From Elusimicrobiota bacterium (GTDB lineage: Bacteria; Elusimicrobiota; Elusimicrobia; F11): a stretch of DNA of 64,000 nucleotides. The notes beneath the pieces are model-generated. The model searched no databases, was not told where the DNA came from, and saw only the letters and a program-made list of their open reading frames with translations. This document shows, piece by piece, positions 27,576 to 37,879 of this stretch (its first letter is position 1; each line of letters starts with the position of its first letter). The translations under genes and the position numbers were made by a program. The stretch covers positions 704,001 through 768,000 of the forward strand of contig JBGAON010000001.1 in assembly GCA_044221725.1 (NCBI GenBank), written 5' to 3'.

Positions 27576-27633
27576 CGTAGCATTTTTGGTTTTTAGGACG
27601 GAGATTAGAGGGTCACGAATCCTTCGGTGTCAG

Positions 27634-27677
27634 CCGCCGTAGCTTTCGTCCGGCTCGCTTCGCGAATTTGACGAAAG
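27634..27677. repeat. REP-like hairpin or terminator
   Basis: CTTTCGTC/GACGAAAG inverted repeat with inner TCGC-TTC-GCGA; leading CCGCCGTAGC resembles CCACCGTAGC at 15502. Confidence 0.5.
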
Positions 27678-28301
27678 TTACTTAACTATTTTGAGGTTTT
27701 TACGAGAATTACCAAACACTTGGATTTCCGATATATCTTTTAAATATACAATTGCATCTTGGCCGGTCGGGTGTTCGTCATCCCTAATAACCAAGTATGG
27801 TTTTGGTGATTTCTGGATCTTAACGGCGTTCCCATTTATTACTTCGCCCTTTCCATTTCTAATTTTCATTTTGGCACCAGTTTCAATTTCTCCCAACTCT
27901 TTAATCAATTCATCGGGTTTGCATTCCACAAGGTTGCCCGCCATGGAGTCGGGGATTTTATCGTCCTCAGTTCTATATTTTATCAACGTGCCGTATACAC
28001 TGGTGGAAATCCTGGTAATGATAGGGAAATACCGAAATGGGAAATATGTGGCCTTACGATCAATAAAAACATTAATCATGGTATCCGCGGGAGCATCTCC
28101 TTGGGCATCTTCAATTGCGGCTTGAAGAGAATCATCGCCTATTGGGCCGATTCCAAACAGGTAAAAAGCGTGCGACTCCCCATTTGTGACGATTAATGGC
28201 TTCTCGTACTTCCCATTAAGGCTTGTCGTGGAAACAGCCGTAGGATAGTGGTACACACAAGCCGGTAAAAACAAGACGCATCCAATAATTATTCTTTTCA
28301 T
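27678..28301 (-). CDS. Hypothetical lipoprotein (TRL/Bor-like N-terminal part)
   Basis: GGAGG RBS before MKRIIIGCVLFLPA-C; LFGIGPIGDDSLQAAI motif. Confidence 0.7.
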   Translation of the reverse strand: MKRIIIGCVLFLPACVYHYPTAVSTTSLNGKYEKPLIVTNGESHAFYLFGIGPIGDDSLQAAIEDAQGDAPADTMINVFIDRKATYFPFRYFPIITRISTSVYGTLIKYRTEDDKIPDSMAGNLVECKPDELIKELGEIETGAKMKIRNGKGEVINGNAVKIQKSPKPYLVIRDDEHPTGQDAIVYLKDISEIQVFGNSRKNLKIVK

Positions 28302-28409
28302 CCTTGTCCTCCGTAGATCGGAAGCCAGCAACGTGCATATCAAGCAGCTAAACCAATTAAGTTCGAAAATCCTGTAATTTTGATTTGGACATGCTCATAA
28401 AACTGACTG

Positions 28410-28597
28410 TTAGAATAGAGTCTTTATCGAGTTAACTTCGTTTTCTAGGCAATTTAAATATTGAGTTGTCCTGCTGATTGTTAACGCTTTGCCCATTGAT
28501 CCTGGTGCAAATTCAATAATGGCTGGGACATCGTGCCCTGCCGCGCGTAACTTTAAGATGCTTGCTTTAAGAGATTCTCATTGGCGAGAAAAAACAA
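28410..28597 (-). pseudogene. Decayed DUF5615 PIN-like toxin
   Basis: TTG-FFLANEN, then a frameshift to ASILKLRAAGHDVPAIIEFAPG; much shorter than a PIN domain; directly after DUF433. Confidence 0.7.
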
Positions 28598-28837
28598 TCA
28601 AGTCGCCTTCTTCGGAAGGGAATATAGTGCTTCTACTTTCATGCATTCGGCGACAAAGGCAAATAGTGCTTTCAAAGCGTCCGGCGTAAGTGTCGGATAA
28701 TTTTCGAGAACCTGTTTCTCGGTCCAACCTTCGGCGAAGAGACTGAGGATAAAATCCACAGAGAGGCGGGTGTTCTTAATCGTCGGTTTGCCAACCAAAA
28801 CTTTTGGATCCGAGTGAATATGTGTTTGCCAATTCAT
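28598..28837 (-). CDS. DUF433 family antitoxin
   Basis: I.SDP.VL.GKPTIK.TR.SV..IL..FA.GW....L.NYP.L. Confidence 0.9.
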   Translation of the reverse strand: MNWQTHIHSDPKVLVGKPTIKNTRLSVDFILSLFAEGWTEKQVLENYPTLTPDALKALFAFVAECMKVEALYSLPKKAT

Positions 28838-28987
28838 AGCGGTTACCAATAGTTATGTGAACAAGAGTCCACATGCGATTTATATGAGAGTCCAGTTAGA
28901 GTCCAGCAAACTAACGCGAAAGATGCTTACGATTGCTTGTACGAATGACAATGTTATGACAATACGGCACTTTACGACGTTTAAATA

Positions 28988-29062
28988 CGGAGTCGACGGG
29001 ATTTGAACCCGCGGTCTCTGCCTTGACAGGGCAGCGTGTTAACCGGGCTACACCACGACTCC
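28988..29062 (-). tRNA. tRNA-Asp(GTC)
   Basis: GGAGTCG/CGACTCC acceptor stem; anticodon arm CTGCC-CTGTCAA-GGCAG. Confidence 0.95.
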
Positions 29063-29153
29063 ACGGGTGACATTGGGACAAGCACCCTACCAAAACACTG
29101 CGAAATTGACAAATTCTTTACCTTGGATCACAAATTTTGTTTAGTTCCGCGCG

Positions 29154-32100
29154 ATGCCCGCACAGCAACAGTCTGAAAACATCTCGTTTTCACAACACGT
29201 TGTCTATATTTGCTCGCGTTTTATCGCTTATAGTTTTCCGCTTTTCTTTTTCCTCGTCACAAATTCGTTTTACCTGAAGACCTACGATTCCGCTCAGATA
29301 AAAATCACTTTTACTCAAATGGGCGCTACGCTGCTCGCGTTTGTGTGGATCGTCAAAATTTTGGTCGAGGGGAAGCTGCCATTTTCACGGCGGGACCTGG
29401 TTTATGTCGCTCCATTTCTTGCGTTTTTGTGTTCGGGGATTGTTGTGTGGTTGCACACGCCGTTCAAAGCATGGTCGCTTGAGGAAACGTTGCGCCGGGT
29501 TTTCTACGTGATACTCGCCCTCATGGCGTTGGCCGAAACGCGATCGAACGAACGCATGACACGGTTGTGGCGCTGGCTGTTGGTGTCCGCCTGGGTTGCG
29601 ATTGGTTATGGGCTCATTCAATATCTCGATGGCCGATTCTTTAAGGGAATGCCGCAGGGTTTGGATCCGTTTATTTGGCGATATGCTTTTGGACCACGTG
29701 TGTTTTCCACATTCGGGAATCCAAATTTCTACGGAAACTTCCTCGTGATTATTACGCCGATTGTTTTGGCCTCGGTTTTGAAAGAGAAGGGGTCCATGCT
29801 TCGCGTGGCTCTGGTCCTCGGGTTGATTTTCGCGTTGGCGTTGACGATTGACAAAATGATGCTGGGGCTTTTTGGCGATGTGGAACCGTCGCTGTCGATC
29901 GTGTTTAACGCACTTATATTTGGCCTGCTTTGTTTGTTCGCTTACGCGTGTGCCGGCCGAATGGGCGGACGACTCACGTTGGCGTCCTTGCTTTTGTTGT
30001 TTGCTTTGTTGTGCCTCAATATTTATTCCACCGAGACGAAAGGCGCGTGGATGGGCTTTATTGCGGCGTTCGGTATCACGTGTTTTCTTATATTTGAGTA
30101 TTTTCTGCATTTCGAAGACCATTTGGTCGATCCGAAAAAGTATTTCGTTTTCGTTGTGGTGATGGCAAGTTTGTTGGCGGTCGTGATACTTTTGTTGGCG
30201 GTGACGTTCGTTGTTCCGTTTTTCAAAGGCGACGTCAGCCAGATTGGATACCAGATTCTTTGGATCCCTCCGTTGTTGTTTGCGATTGTTTCGGTCTGCA
30301 CCGTTCTATGGATGTTGCGAAAGCCTTGGCATTTAAAAAAGGTCATTTACGGTCTGTTGATTTTCTTTATGATCACCATGGGCGGGGGCGTGTTGCAATT
30401 CGCGAAAAAGCGTCTTGTCTCGGTAAGTTTCCGTATGTTTACCTGGATCTCGACGTGGGAAATGGTCCGCACGAACCCAATTCTTGGCAACGGCGTTGGC
30501 ACCTTCAAAATTATTTACCCGGCGTTCCGACGCCCCGAAATTATCGTGCTCGAAGGGCGTTCGAACACCGAAACGGATCACGCCGAAGACGAATATATCG
30601 AAACATGGCAGGACGAGGGCATCATTGGCTTCGGCATTTTTCTGTGGATGGTGGTGACCGCTCTCGCGCTCGGTTTTAAACAACTTCGTTGGTATTCAAC
30701 CCACCGATCGCAGGATGGCCCGAAAGCGAAAAAACTTTTGGATGCTGACGGTAATCCGCGCTCGTACGAAGTTTTGGGATACCTCGGTGCCTATATTGGT
30801 GCCCTTATTCACTGGTGCGTGGACGTGTCCATCCGATTTGTTTCTTCCGGTATTTTCAGTGGATTTCTCCCCGGAATTCTCGTCGCGTACGCGCGCAACC
30901 ACGAGAATCCGGTTCCCGTTGAAGTACGACTTCCCTACGATCGGTGGATTCGCGCCGCACTTGCCGCGGTTTGGACGTGCGTCCTTCTTTGGCTCGGTCT
31001 TGAGTTGGTTCCACAAGCTTTCATTCAAAACGGTGATACAAGCACGGGCCAAATTGTTTTCTGGACCCTCTTGGCTGGTGGTGCGCTTTATTTATTAATT
31101 GAGCTCGTGGAAATCGGCAACGTACCCGAAAAGGAAATACGTTTTTCTGAGCAGTATGGTGAGATCAATCCGAAAGGCTCCATTTTCCGTTTGGCCGCGT
31201 TGCCATTTCTGTTCGTGGGAGCCTTGTGGCTCATTCGTTTTTCAGCGAATCAATTTTGGGGAGATGTGCATCACAATCTCGCGATCTTTTTCTCAAAGGA
31301 AGCGATTTGGATGAAATCGCCGGTTTACGATTCCAAAATGCTCAATTTGCCGCCCGATATTCGCGAGAAATACCAGAAAACCGGCGGCGCTCTCGAACAT
31401 TATCACGAAGTTGTCACATTGAATCATGCGTTTCCAATGGCTCATTATTTTACGGGCAATGTGTATAACGACTGGGGAAGCCAAATTAACGGTGAGAGCA
31501 TGAACGCGCGCCAGCGCGGGGATATCGAAGAGGCCGTCCGGCTCCGCCAAAAATCTCAGGACATGTGGAACAAAGCCGAAGAGGCGTACACAAACACAAA
31601 GAAGCTAGCGCCCAATTATGTTCAGACGCATCACCAGATGGGACTTCTGTTTGTGAAGCGCGCCGAACAGGCAAACGCGTGGGGAGAAGCAGCGCTCGCC
31701 CACGAGATGTACCAGAAGGCTCTTGCCGAATTTTACCGTTACAAAATGCTGGATCCGGTTTTTCTCGCGAACTACGACCGCATCGTGCAGATTTTGTTGA
31801 TGGATGGAAAAATTGACGAATCAATAGCGCTCTACAAGGAAGCGCTCTACTATAATAAGGATGTCGAATTTAAAATCAAAAATGCGATCACGCTGCCCGA
31901 TCGCGTGGCGGCCGTTTCAATGAGCCTCGCCAAACTTTATTTCAATGAGGTGGCGCATCTACCGAGCGCGTTTAACCCGCCGGTTCCGCAGGCCGAAGAG
32001 GCGATCAAATACTTTAAGCTCGCTGTTGAGAACGATCCGAAAAATGTCGAAGCCTGGAAGGGGCTCGGATTCCTGCTGGAGAAATGCGGGCGCAACCCCG

Positions 32101-32168
32101 AAGCTCAAATTGCCTACCAACACGCTCTGCAATTGGCGCCGAACGATCCTGATATGAAAAAGAAATGA
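29154..32168 (+). CDS. O-antigen ligase (Wzy_C) family protein with C-terminal TPRs
   Basis: STFGNPNF, R...W......PILGNG.G.F, HAEDEY; many TMs; TPR tail. Confidence 0.85.
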   Translation: MPAQQQSENISFSQHVVYICSRFIAYSFPLFFFLVTNSFYLKTYDSAQIKITFTQMGATLLAFVWIVKILVEGKLPFSRRDLVYVAPFLAFLCSGIVVWLHTPFKAWSLEETLRRVFYVILALMALAETRSNERMTRLWRWLLVSAWVAIGYGLIQYLDGRFFKGMPQGLDPFIWRYAFGPRVFSTFGNPNFYGNFLVIITPIVLASVLKEKGSMLRVALVLGLIFALALTIDKMMLGLFGDVEPSLSIVFNALIFGLLCLFAYACAGRMGGRLTLASLLLLFALLCLNIYSTETKGAWMGFIAAFGITCFLIFEYFLHFEDHLVDPKKYFVFVVVMASLLAVVILLLAVTFVVPFFKGDVSQIGYQILWIPPLLFAIVSVCTVLWMLRKPWHLKKVIYGLLIFFMITMGGGVLQFAKKRLVSVSFRMFTWISTWEMVRTNPILGNGVGTFKIIYPAFRRPEIIVLEGRSNTETDHAEDEYIETWQDEGIIGFGIFLWMVVTALALGFKQLRWYSTHRSQDGPKAKKLLDADGNPRSYEVLGYLGAYIGALIHWCVDVSIRFVSSGIFSGFLPGILVAYARNHENPVPVEVRLPYDRWIRAALAAVWTCVLLWLGLELVPQAFIQNGDTSTGQIVFWTLLAGGALYLLIELVEIGNVPEKEIRFSEQYGEINPKGSIFRLAALPFLFVGALWLIRFSANQFWGDVHHNLAIFFSKEAIWMKSPVYDSKMLNLPPDIREKYQKTGGALEHYHEVVTLNHAFPMAHYFTGNVYNDWGSQINGESMNARQRGDIEEAVRLRQKSQDMWNKAEEAYTNTKKLAPNYVQTHHQMGLLFVKRAEQANAWGEAALAHEMYQKALAEFYRYKMLDPVFLANYDRIVQILLMDGKIDESIALYKEALYYNKDVEFKIKNAITLPDRVAAVSMSLAKLYFNEVAHLPSAFNPPVPQAEEAIKYFKLAVENDPKNVEAWKGLGFLLEKCGRNPEAQIAYQHALQLAPNDPDMKKK

Positions 32169-34777
32169 CGCGCGCCGCGAATCGAGATACCGCTCCGGCA
32201 AAAGAGTCGAGTTCGATCTTGATGCGCGTGTCTGTCGCCCTGCTGGCACTCACGCACGCTGCGTGCGCGCTGCTCTTCTACACAAACCTCACGCGCAATC
32301 CTTATTACACGCAAATCGCTTTATTAAACGTTGGCATCGCGGCTATTGGAATTTTGTGGGCGATCCATGTTTGGATCAAAGGCGAAATTTCAATTCCACG
32401 GTTCTCTTACGAAAAGCCGATGATCGCGTTCTTGCTCGTTGCATTTGCAAGCTCGGTGTGGGCGTGGTGGAAGCATCCGGTTTTGAGGCCCGGAATCGGC
32501 TATGAAACCACGCGCGTTTGGATTTTCACGCTCGTGAATTGCCTGATGGCGTTGTACCTGCCTGGAATTTTCACGAAACCACTCGGCAAAAATCCGGTGC
32601 GCATTTCCATTTGGACGGACATCGTTTTGTCGATCGGGTGGGGGGCGTTGTGGTTGGGATTTCATGCGAACAAAGATCCCGATCCGAACGCGATTTTTTG
32701 GGACAGTTACGGCGGTTTTCTTTGGATTATGGCGGCCGTTTATGTTGTGTTTCGTACGCGGCGCGCGGAAGCGATTGAATTTTTCCATCTCATCTTGTCG
32801 ATTGGCTTTCTCGCAAGCATTTACGGTGTCATGCAATACGCGGGCAAAGACATTATCTGGACCAGCTTGGTTGTTCCCTATGGTGGTCGACCCGTTTCGA
32901 CGTTCGGAAATCCAAACTTCCTGTCTTCGTACATCATGATGGTGGCGCCGTTGGCCTTTGGACTCGGACTGCGCGCTCAAGGCAAGGAGCGGGTCGGATA
33001 CATGATCGTGGCGTTCGTTGTCACCGTGGCGGTGCTGTGCACGCTCACGCGTTCCTCGTACATCGGGTTGTTTGCTTCTCTGTTGGTGATGGTGGCGCTC
33101 TTGGCATCCATCAATCCGCGAATGGTTTTTAAATTCATTGGAGTTGCGGCCGGCCTGTTTGTTTTTTTAATTGTCGTCTTCCCCAAAACCCCCATTTTTA
33201 CTTCACAATCGCCGTTGCTCCGGTTTACCGAAGTATACGACGCGATAAAGGGTGGCCAAGTCTACGGCCCGTGGCATCAGCGAATTCTTATTTGGTCGTC
33301 GGCGTGGGACATTTTTCATCAAAATTTCTGGGTCGGAAGTGGCTGGGGATGCTTCGAGCTTTTTTATCCGTTCTTCCAAGGGAAATACTTGTTCGCGCCG
33401 GTGATCGGTACGTTGCGCACACACGCAAACAACGCGCACAATATTTTGATGGAAATATGGGCGCAGACCGGAATGCTCGGCGCCGGTTTTTCGCTTTGGT
33501 GGCTTGCGGTCATGGTCGTGAGTGGTTGGAGAATTGTGAAAGACCAAACCGAAGGATTCGCGCGCTTTGTGGCCGCGGGCCTCGTGGCCGCGCTTGTTGG
33601 CATGGTGGTTGATAATTTTTTCGGGAATGTTTCGATTTTCTTTGCGACGCCGGCGTTTTTGTTTTGGTGGTATGCCGGCGCGCTAGAGAATGAAAACGAA
33701 CGCGCCCACGTCGAGACACGCGCATTGAGCACGATGGTGGGGCGTCCCCTGCTGATCTGTTTTGTTTGCTTTTGTTTTGTCGTCATTGTCTATTTCTTTA
33801 AGCGTTGGCAGCAGGAGATTTATTACTTCGACGGATTTCGGTCCGCCAAGATGGGAGATATTCCGAAATCCATTAAATCACTTGAAAAGGCTTACGAGTG
33901 GTTTCCGGGCGAGGTGAACAGCAATTACGAGTGGGGAAATAGTTATGCGACGTACGCGCGCGCGCTGGCGGACAAAGGTTTGAGCGACGAAGCTCTGTCG
34001 TATCGTCAAAAAGCCATTCACGCGTTTGGCGAGGCGTTGCGTGCAAATCCCGGCTACGATGAAATCTATTTTAATCTTGGAGTGATCGAAGGTCAGAACG
34101 GCGACCGCGTGAACGCAATCAGGAATCTCGAAATTAGTTTGTATATCAATCCGATGTTGCGCGACGCGTATGGGGCGCTTGGAAATCTGTACTTGCAAAT
34201 GGGCGATCCCGCGAACGCCGCAAAGGTTTTTGCGAACAGCGTTGATGCCTTTCCGAACGATAAGGATCTCTGGAACAATTTGGGTTATTGCTACAGTCAG
34301 CTGAAGGAAAGCAGGAAGAGTTTTGAAGCCTACAAGCACGCGGTCATGATCGATCCCTCGTTTAATCAAGGCTGGCAAAATCTTGGGCTGGCCGCCCGCA
34401 CGCTCGATGAAAAGAAGGATCCAATTCTGCAAGTCCCCTACTGGATTCAACAAATGGAAGCGGCGGTTGCGAAACGCGATTTTGCGGCGGCGCTTGCGCC
34501 CGCGGAGCGGATTGCCGAAACAATTCCGAACAACGCGGATACCCATTTGTCGCTCGGAAATATTTATTTTTACCAACACAGAAATGATGAAAGTGAAAAG
34601 CAGTTCAAAAGAGCAATCGAGCTGAACCCGCGGTTCGTAATTGCGTATGTTAATCTCGGTCGCCTTTATCAGTTGAGCGGCAAAACGGCCGAAGCGCGCT
34701 CGGAATTTGATAGGGCGCTCGCCATCGATCCCGCGAACAAAGAAGCCAAAGACGCGTTAAATTCCCTCCCGAAATAG
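32165..34777 (+). CDS. O-antigen ligase family protein with C-terminal TPRs
   Basis: STFGNPNF, TRSS, RILIW, GSGWG, NAHN; multiple TPRs. Confidence 0.88.
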   Translation: MTRAANRDTAPAKESSSILMRVSVALLALTHAACALLFYTNLTRNPYYTQIALLNVGIAAIGILWAIHVWIKGEISIPRFSYEKPMIAFLLVAFASSVWAWWKHPVLRPGIGYETTRVWIFTLVNCLMALYLPGIFTKPLGKNPVRISIWTDIVLSIGWGALWLGFHANKDPDPNAIFWDSYGGFLWIMAAVYVVFRTRRAEAIEFFHLILSIGFLASIYGVMQYAGKDIIWTSLVVPYGGRPVSTFGNPNFLSSYIMMVAPLAFGLGLRAQGKERVGYMIVAFVVTVAVLCTLTRSSYIGLFASLLVMVALLASINPRMVFKFIGVAAGLFVFLIVVFPKTPIFTSQSPLLRFTEVYDAIKGGQVYGPWHQRILIWSSAWDIFHQNFWVGSGWGCFELFYPFFQGKYLFAPVIGTLRTHANNAHNILMEIWAQTGMLGAGFSLWWLAVMVVSGWRIVKDQTEGFARFVAAGLVAALVGMVVDNFFGNVSIFFATPAFLFWWYAGALENENERAHVETRALSTMVGRPLLICFVCFCFVVIVYFFKRWQQEIYYFDGFRSAKMGDIPKSIKSLEKAYEWFPGEVNSNYEWGNSYATYARALADKGLSDEALSYRQKAIHAFGEALRANPGYDEIYFNLGVIEGQNGDRVNAIRNLEISLYINPMLRDAYGALGNLYLQMGDPANAAKVFANSVDAFPNDKDLWNNLGYCYSQLKESRKSFEAYKHAVMIDPSFNQGWQNLGLAARTLDEKKDPILQVPYWIQQMEAAVAKRDFAAALAPAERIAETIPNNADTHLSLGNIYFYQHRNDESEKQFKRAIELNPRFVIAYVNLGRLYQLSGKTAEARSEFDRALAIDPANKEAKDALNSLPK

Positions 34778-34800
34778 TCGCATCCCGCGAGAATTACGTT

Positions 34801-34809
34801 TGATACAAT
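34801..34809 (+). promoter_or_regulatory. Extended -10 element of the yebC-ruv operon
   Basis: TGATACAAT in the intergenic gap before yebC. Confidence 0.5.
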
Positions 34810-34853
34810 CGGCGATCATTTTCCGTCGAAATTAATTCAGGAGTTTTTCCACT

Positions 34854-35612
34854 ATGTCAGGGCATTCCCGCTGGGCTGGTATCAAGCACAAGAAGGCCAT
34901 CATTGATTCAAAACGCGGCAAAGTTTTTACGCGTGTGGCCCGAGAAATCACAATTGCTGCGAAGCAAGGTGGCGGAAAGCCCGACTCCAATCCACGTCTG
35001 CGCAAAGCGATGGAAGACGCGCGGGCGGTGAACATGCCTTCCGAAAATGTGAAGCGCGCGATTCAGCGCGGCACCGGCGAAATCCCAGGCATGGAAATCG
35101 TGGAAACGTCCTATGAAGGTTACGGGCCGGGCGGTGTCGCGGTCTTTATTGAAGCGACGACCGACAACAAAAATCGCACCACGGCAGAGATGCGGCACCT
35201 TTTTTCGGAGCATGGCGGAAGTTTGGGCGAGTCCGGCAGTGTTGCATGGATGTTCGAGCAGAAGGGATATATTACCGTTGAGAAAAAGTCGGCCGATGAA
35301 GAAAAGTTGACGAACCTTGCAATCGAACTTGGCGCCGAAGATATTAAGACCGATGACGATGACGTGTTTGAAATCGTTACCACGCCCGCCGATTTTGAAA
35401 CGATTAAGACAAAACTCACCGAAGCAAAAATTCCGTTGGCCAGCGCCGAAGTCTCTTTGATTCCGAAAAATACCGTTGCGCTGGAAGCCGATCAAGCCAA
35501 GCGTTGCTTGGATCTTATGGACGCGCTGGAGTCGCACGACGATGTAAAAACCGCGAACGCGAATTTTGATATTTCGAAAGAAATTATGGAGAAAGTTTCG
35601 GCGCAGCAATGA
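34854..35612 (+). CDS. yebC: YebC/PmpR family protein
   Basis: MSGHSRWAGIKHKK, YEGYGPGG, TDNKNRT. Confidence 0.97.
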   Translation: MSGHSRWAGIKHKKAIIDSKRGKVFTRVAREITIAAKQGGGKPDSNPRLRKAMEDARAVNMPSENVKRAIQRGTGEIPGMEIVETSYEGYGPGGVAVFIEATTDNKNRTTAEMRHLFSEHGGSLGESGSVAWMFEQKGYITVEKKSADEEKLTNLAIELGAEDIKTDDDDVFEIVTTPADFETIKTKLTEAKIPLASAEVSLIPKNTVALEADQAKRCLDLMDALESHDDVKTANANFDISKEIMEKVSAQQ

Positions 35613-36106
35613 GAATTCTCGGGCTCGATCCGGGTTTGGCGCTTTTGGGTTGGAGTGTGGTTGATGTTTCGGCCGGTGGTCACTCTCTCGCAGCGTTTGG
35701 TGTGGTTGAGACCGAAGCGCACACGCCGTTAACAAAACGGCTCGGCCAGATTTACGATGATCTCCACACCTTGTTTGGTCGACACCGGCCCGACGCGGTC
35801 GCTATCGAAACACTTTTTTTTGTGAAGAACGCAAAGACGCTTGCGCAGGTCGGACACACGCGCGGTGTAATTTTGCTGACGGCGGGGCAAAATGGTGTTC
35901 AAGTGTTTGAATACGCGCCCCGGCAAATAAAGATGGCGCTCACCGGTTTCGGTGGCGCCGAGAAAAGACAGATGCAAGCGATGGTGCAGCGCATGCTGAA
36001 TCTCAATGACATTCCCAAACCCGATGACGCGGCCGACGCGGTGGCCGTGGCGCTCTGCCATTCGCAATACGCGCAGACGCTCGGAAAATCGGCGGTTACC
36101 GTATGA
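35609..36106 (+). CDS. ruvC: Holliday junction resolvase
   Basis: ILGLDPG, AIE, G.AEK.Q, DDAADA. Confidence 0.96.
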   Translation: MRILGLDPGLALLGWSVVDVSAGGHSLAAFGVVETEAHTPLTKRLGQIYDDLHTLFGRHRPDAVAIETLFFVKNAKTLAQVGHTRGVILLTAGQNGVQVFEYAPRQIKMALTGFGGAEKRQMQAMVQRMLNLNDIPKPDDAADAVAVALCHSQYAQTLGKSAVTV

Positions 36107-36113
36107 CCGATTT

Positions 36114-36196
36114 CGTCATCCCGGCAAGTCTTAAGCGACGATCCAATTTAACCGAAAGTAAAAGTGGGCCCTGGATAGAGACATTCCAGGGCGACG
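36114..36196. repeat. REP/BIME-like paired palindromes between ruvC and ruvA
   Basis: CGTCATCCCGG...GATCC and GCCCTGGA...TCCAGGGCGACG. Confidence 0.7.
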
Positions 36197-36203
36197 GCCG
36201 TTT

Positions 36204-36836
36204 ATGATCGCGCAGTTGAGAGGCAACGTCATCGAGACCGGTATTGAGAAGGATACTTTTCGTGTTGTGCTCGACGTGAACGGTGTCGGCTACGAAATTT
36301 TCATGGCGCGTTCCACCGAAGGCCGCATCGTGGACGGCCAGTTGGCCACAATTTTGATCAGTGAATCGGTGACCGCGTTCGATGGCGCGACCACGTTGTA
36401 CGGCTTTGCCACACGCGAGGAAAAAGATTTCTTCTGGCGTATTCGTGAGAACGTGGACGGAATGGGACCCAAGAAAGCGCTCGAAGTGTTGGACAAGATC
36501 AGCAAATCCATGCCCGACTTCAAGCGTGCGATCATTGACGGCGATGTGCGTTTGCTCGTGTCGGTTTTTGGATTTACAAAGAAGACCGCCGAGAAGCTTG
36601 TGTTCGCTTTGAAAGGCAAAGCCGATGGTTGGACCGTGCAGGGCCCGGTAAAATGGCAAGAAGCCGCGCAGCGGCCGCAAGAGTTTGATGCGCTCACCGG
36701 TCTCGTGAATCTCGGCTATGACGAAGCCGAAGCGCGCGCATTGTTGCAAAAGGCAAAAACCAACGTCGGCGGCGAAGCGACCACAGAAAAATTATTAAAA
36801 GAAGCGCTGCGGCTTGTCGCCGGAAAACTTTCATGA
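36204..36836 (+). CDS. ruvA: Holliday junction branch migration protein A
   Basis: [32 protein letters not shown]. Confidence 0.95.
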   Translation: MIAQLRGNVIETGIEKDTFRVVLDVNGVGYEIFMARSTEGRIVDGQLATILISESVTAFDGATTLYGFATREEKDFFWRIRENVDGMGPKKALEVLDKISKSMPDFKRAIIDGDVRLLVSVFGFTKKTAEKLVFALKGKADGWTVQGPVKWQEAAQRPQEFDALTGLVNLGYDEAEARALLQKAKTNVGGEATTEKLLKEALRLVAGKLS

Positions 36837-37879
36837 CGATCATCGATAAGTCCACGCGCACCATTGTGAGCCCGCAAGCGGAGACGGGCGAAGACCGTGT
36901 TGATCAAAGTCTCCGGCCGAGCACGCTCGATCAATTTATCGGCCAAGAGAAACTCAAAAAAAATCTCCGCGTATTTTTGAAAGCCGCAAAAGATCGTCGC
37001 GAGCCGTTGGACCACGTGTTGTTTTGTGCGGCGCCCGGCCTTGGGAAAACAACGCTCGCTTCGATCATCGCGAAAGAAATGAACGTCAGCTTGCGTCAAA
37101 CCTCGGGGCCGGTTCTGGGCCGTGTCGGTGATTTGGCGGCGGTGCTGACCTCGCTCAACGAAGGCGACGTGTTTTTTATTGACGAGATCCATCGGTTGAA
37201 CCGCGCTGTCGAAGAAGCGCTTTATCCAGCGCTCGAAGATTTCCAGTTGGACATTGTCGTGGGCCAAGGGCCGTCGGCCAAAACGCTCAAGTTGCCGATA
37301 CCCAAATTTACGCTCGTGGGTGCCACCACGCGATCCGGTTTGCTCACGAGCCCGTTGCGCGACCGCTTCGGCATCGTTTCTTATCTCGAATTTTACGAGC
37401 CCGCCGATATTGGGCGAATCATCGAGCGCTCGGCCGAAATTCTAAAAGTAAAAATCGAAGCCGATGCGTGCCTGGAGATCGCCAAGCGCTCACGCGGTAC
37501 ACCGCGTATCGCGAACCGATTGTTGCGCCGCGTGCGCGATTTCGCGCAAGTAGCGAACGGTGTGGTCACTCTGTCGGTCGCCAAAGAGGCGCTCGCCGCG
37601 CTCGAAGTGGACGAAATTGGTCTCGACCGCATGGACCGCAAAATTTTGCTCACGATTATTGAGAAGTTTGGTGGTGGTCCCGTCGGACTGGATACCGTGT
37701 CGGTTGCCGTCAGTGAAGAACGCGAAACTGTTGAAGATGTTTACGAGCCGTTCCTGATCAAAGCTGGCCTGCTCGCGCGCACGCCGCGCGGCCGCGTGGT
37801 GACACCCTCTGCTTACGAACACTTCGGCAAAAAAGCGCCCGCCTCGAAAATAAACGACGCCTCTCTGTTTGAGAATTGA
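36833..37879 (+). CDS. ruvB: Holliday junction branch migration ATPase
   Basis: [35 protein letters not shown]. Confidence 0.98.
   Translation: MTIIDKSTRTIVSPQAETGEDRVDQSLRPSTLDQFIGQEKLKKNLRVFLKAAKDRREPLDHVLFCAAPGLGKTTLASIIAKEMNVSLRQTSGPVLGRVGDLAAVLTSLNEGDVFFIDEIHRLNRAVEEALYPALEDFQLDIVVGQGPSAKTLKLPIPKFTLVGATTRSGLLTSPLRDRFGIVSYLEFYEPADIGRIIERSAEILKVKIEADACLEIAKRSRGTPRIANRLLRRVRDFAQVANGVVTLSVAKEALAALEVDEIGLDRMDRKILLTIIEKFGGGPVGLDTVSVAVSEERETVEDVYEPFLIKAGLLARTPRGRVVTPSAYEHFGKKAPASKINDASLFEN

Noticed and set aside
27595..27625. ACGGAG... as a degenerate tRNA-Asp 3' duplication marking the islet end
   Set aside because: Only about 6 bp of exact identity, too weak to call an att site.
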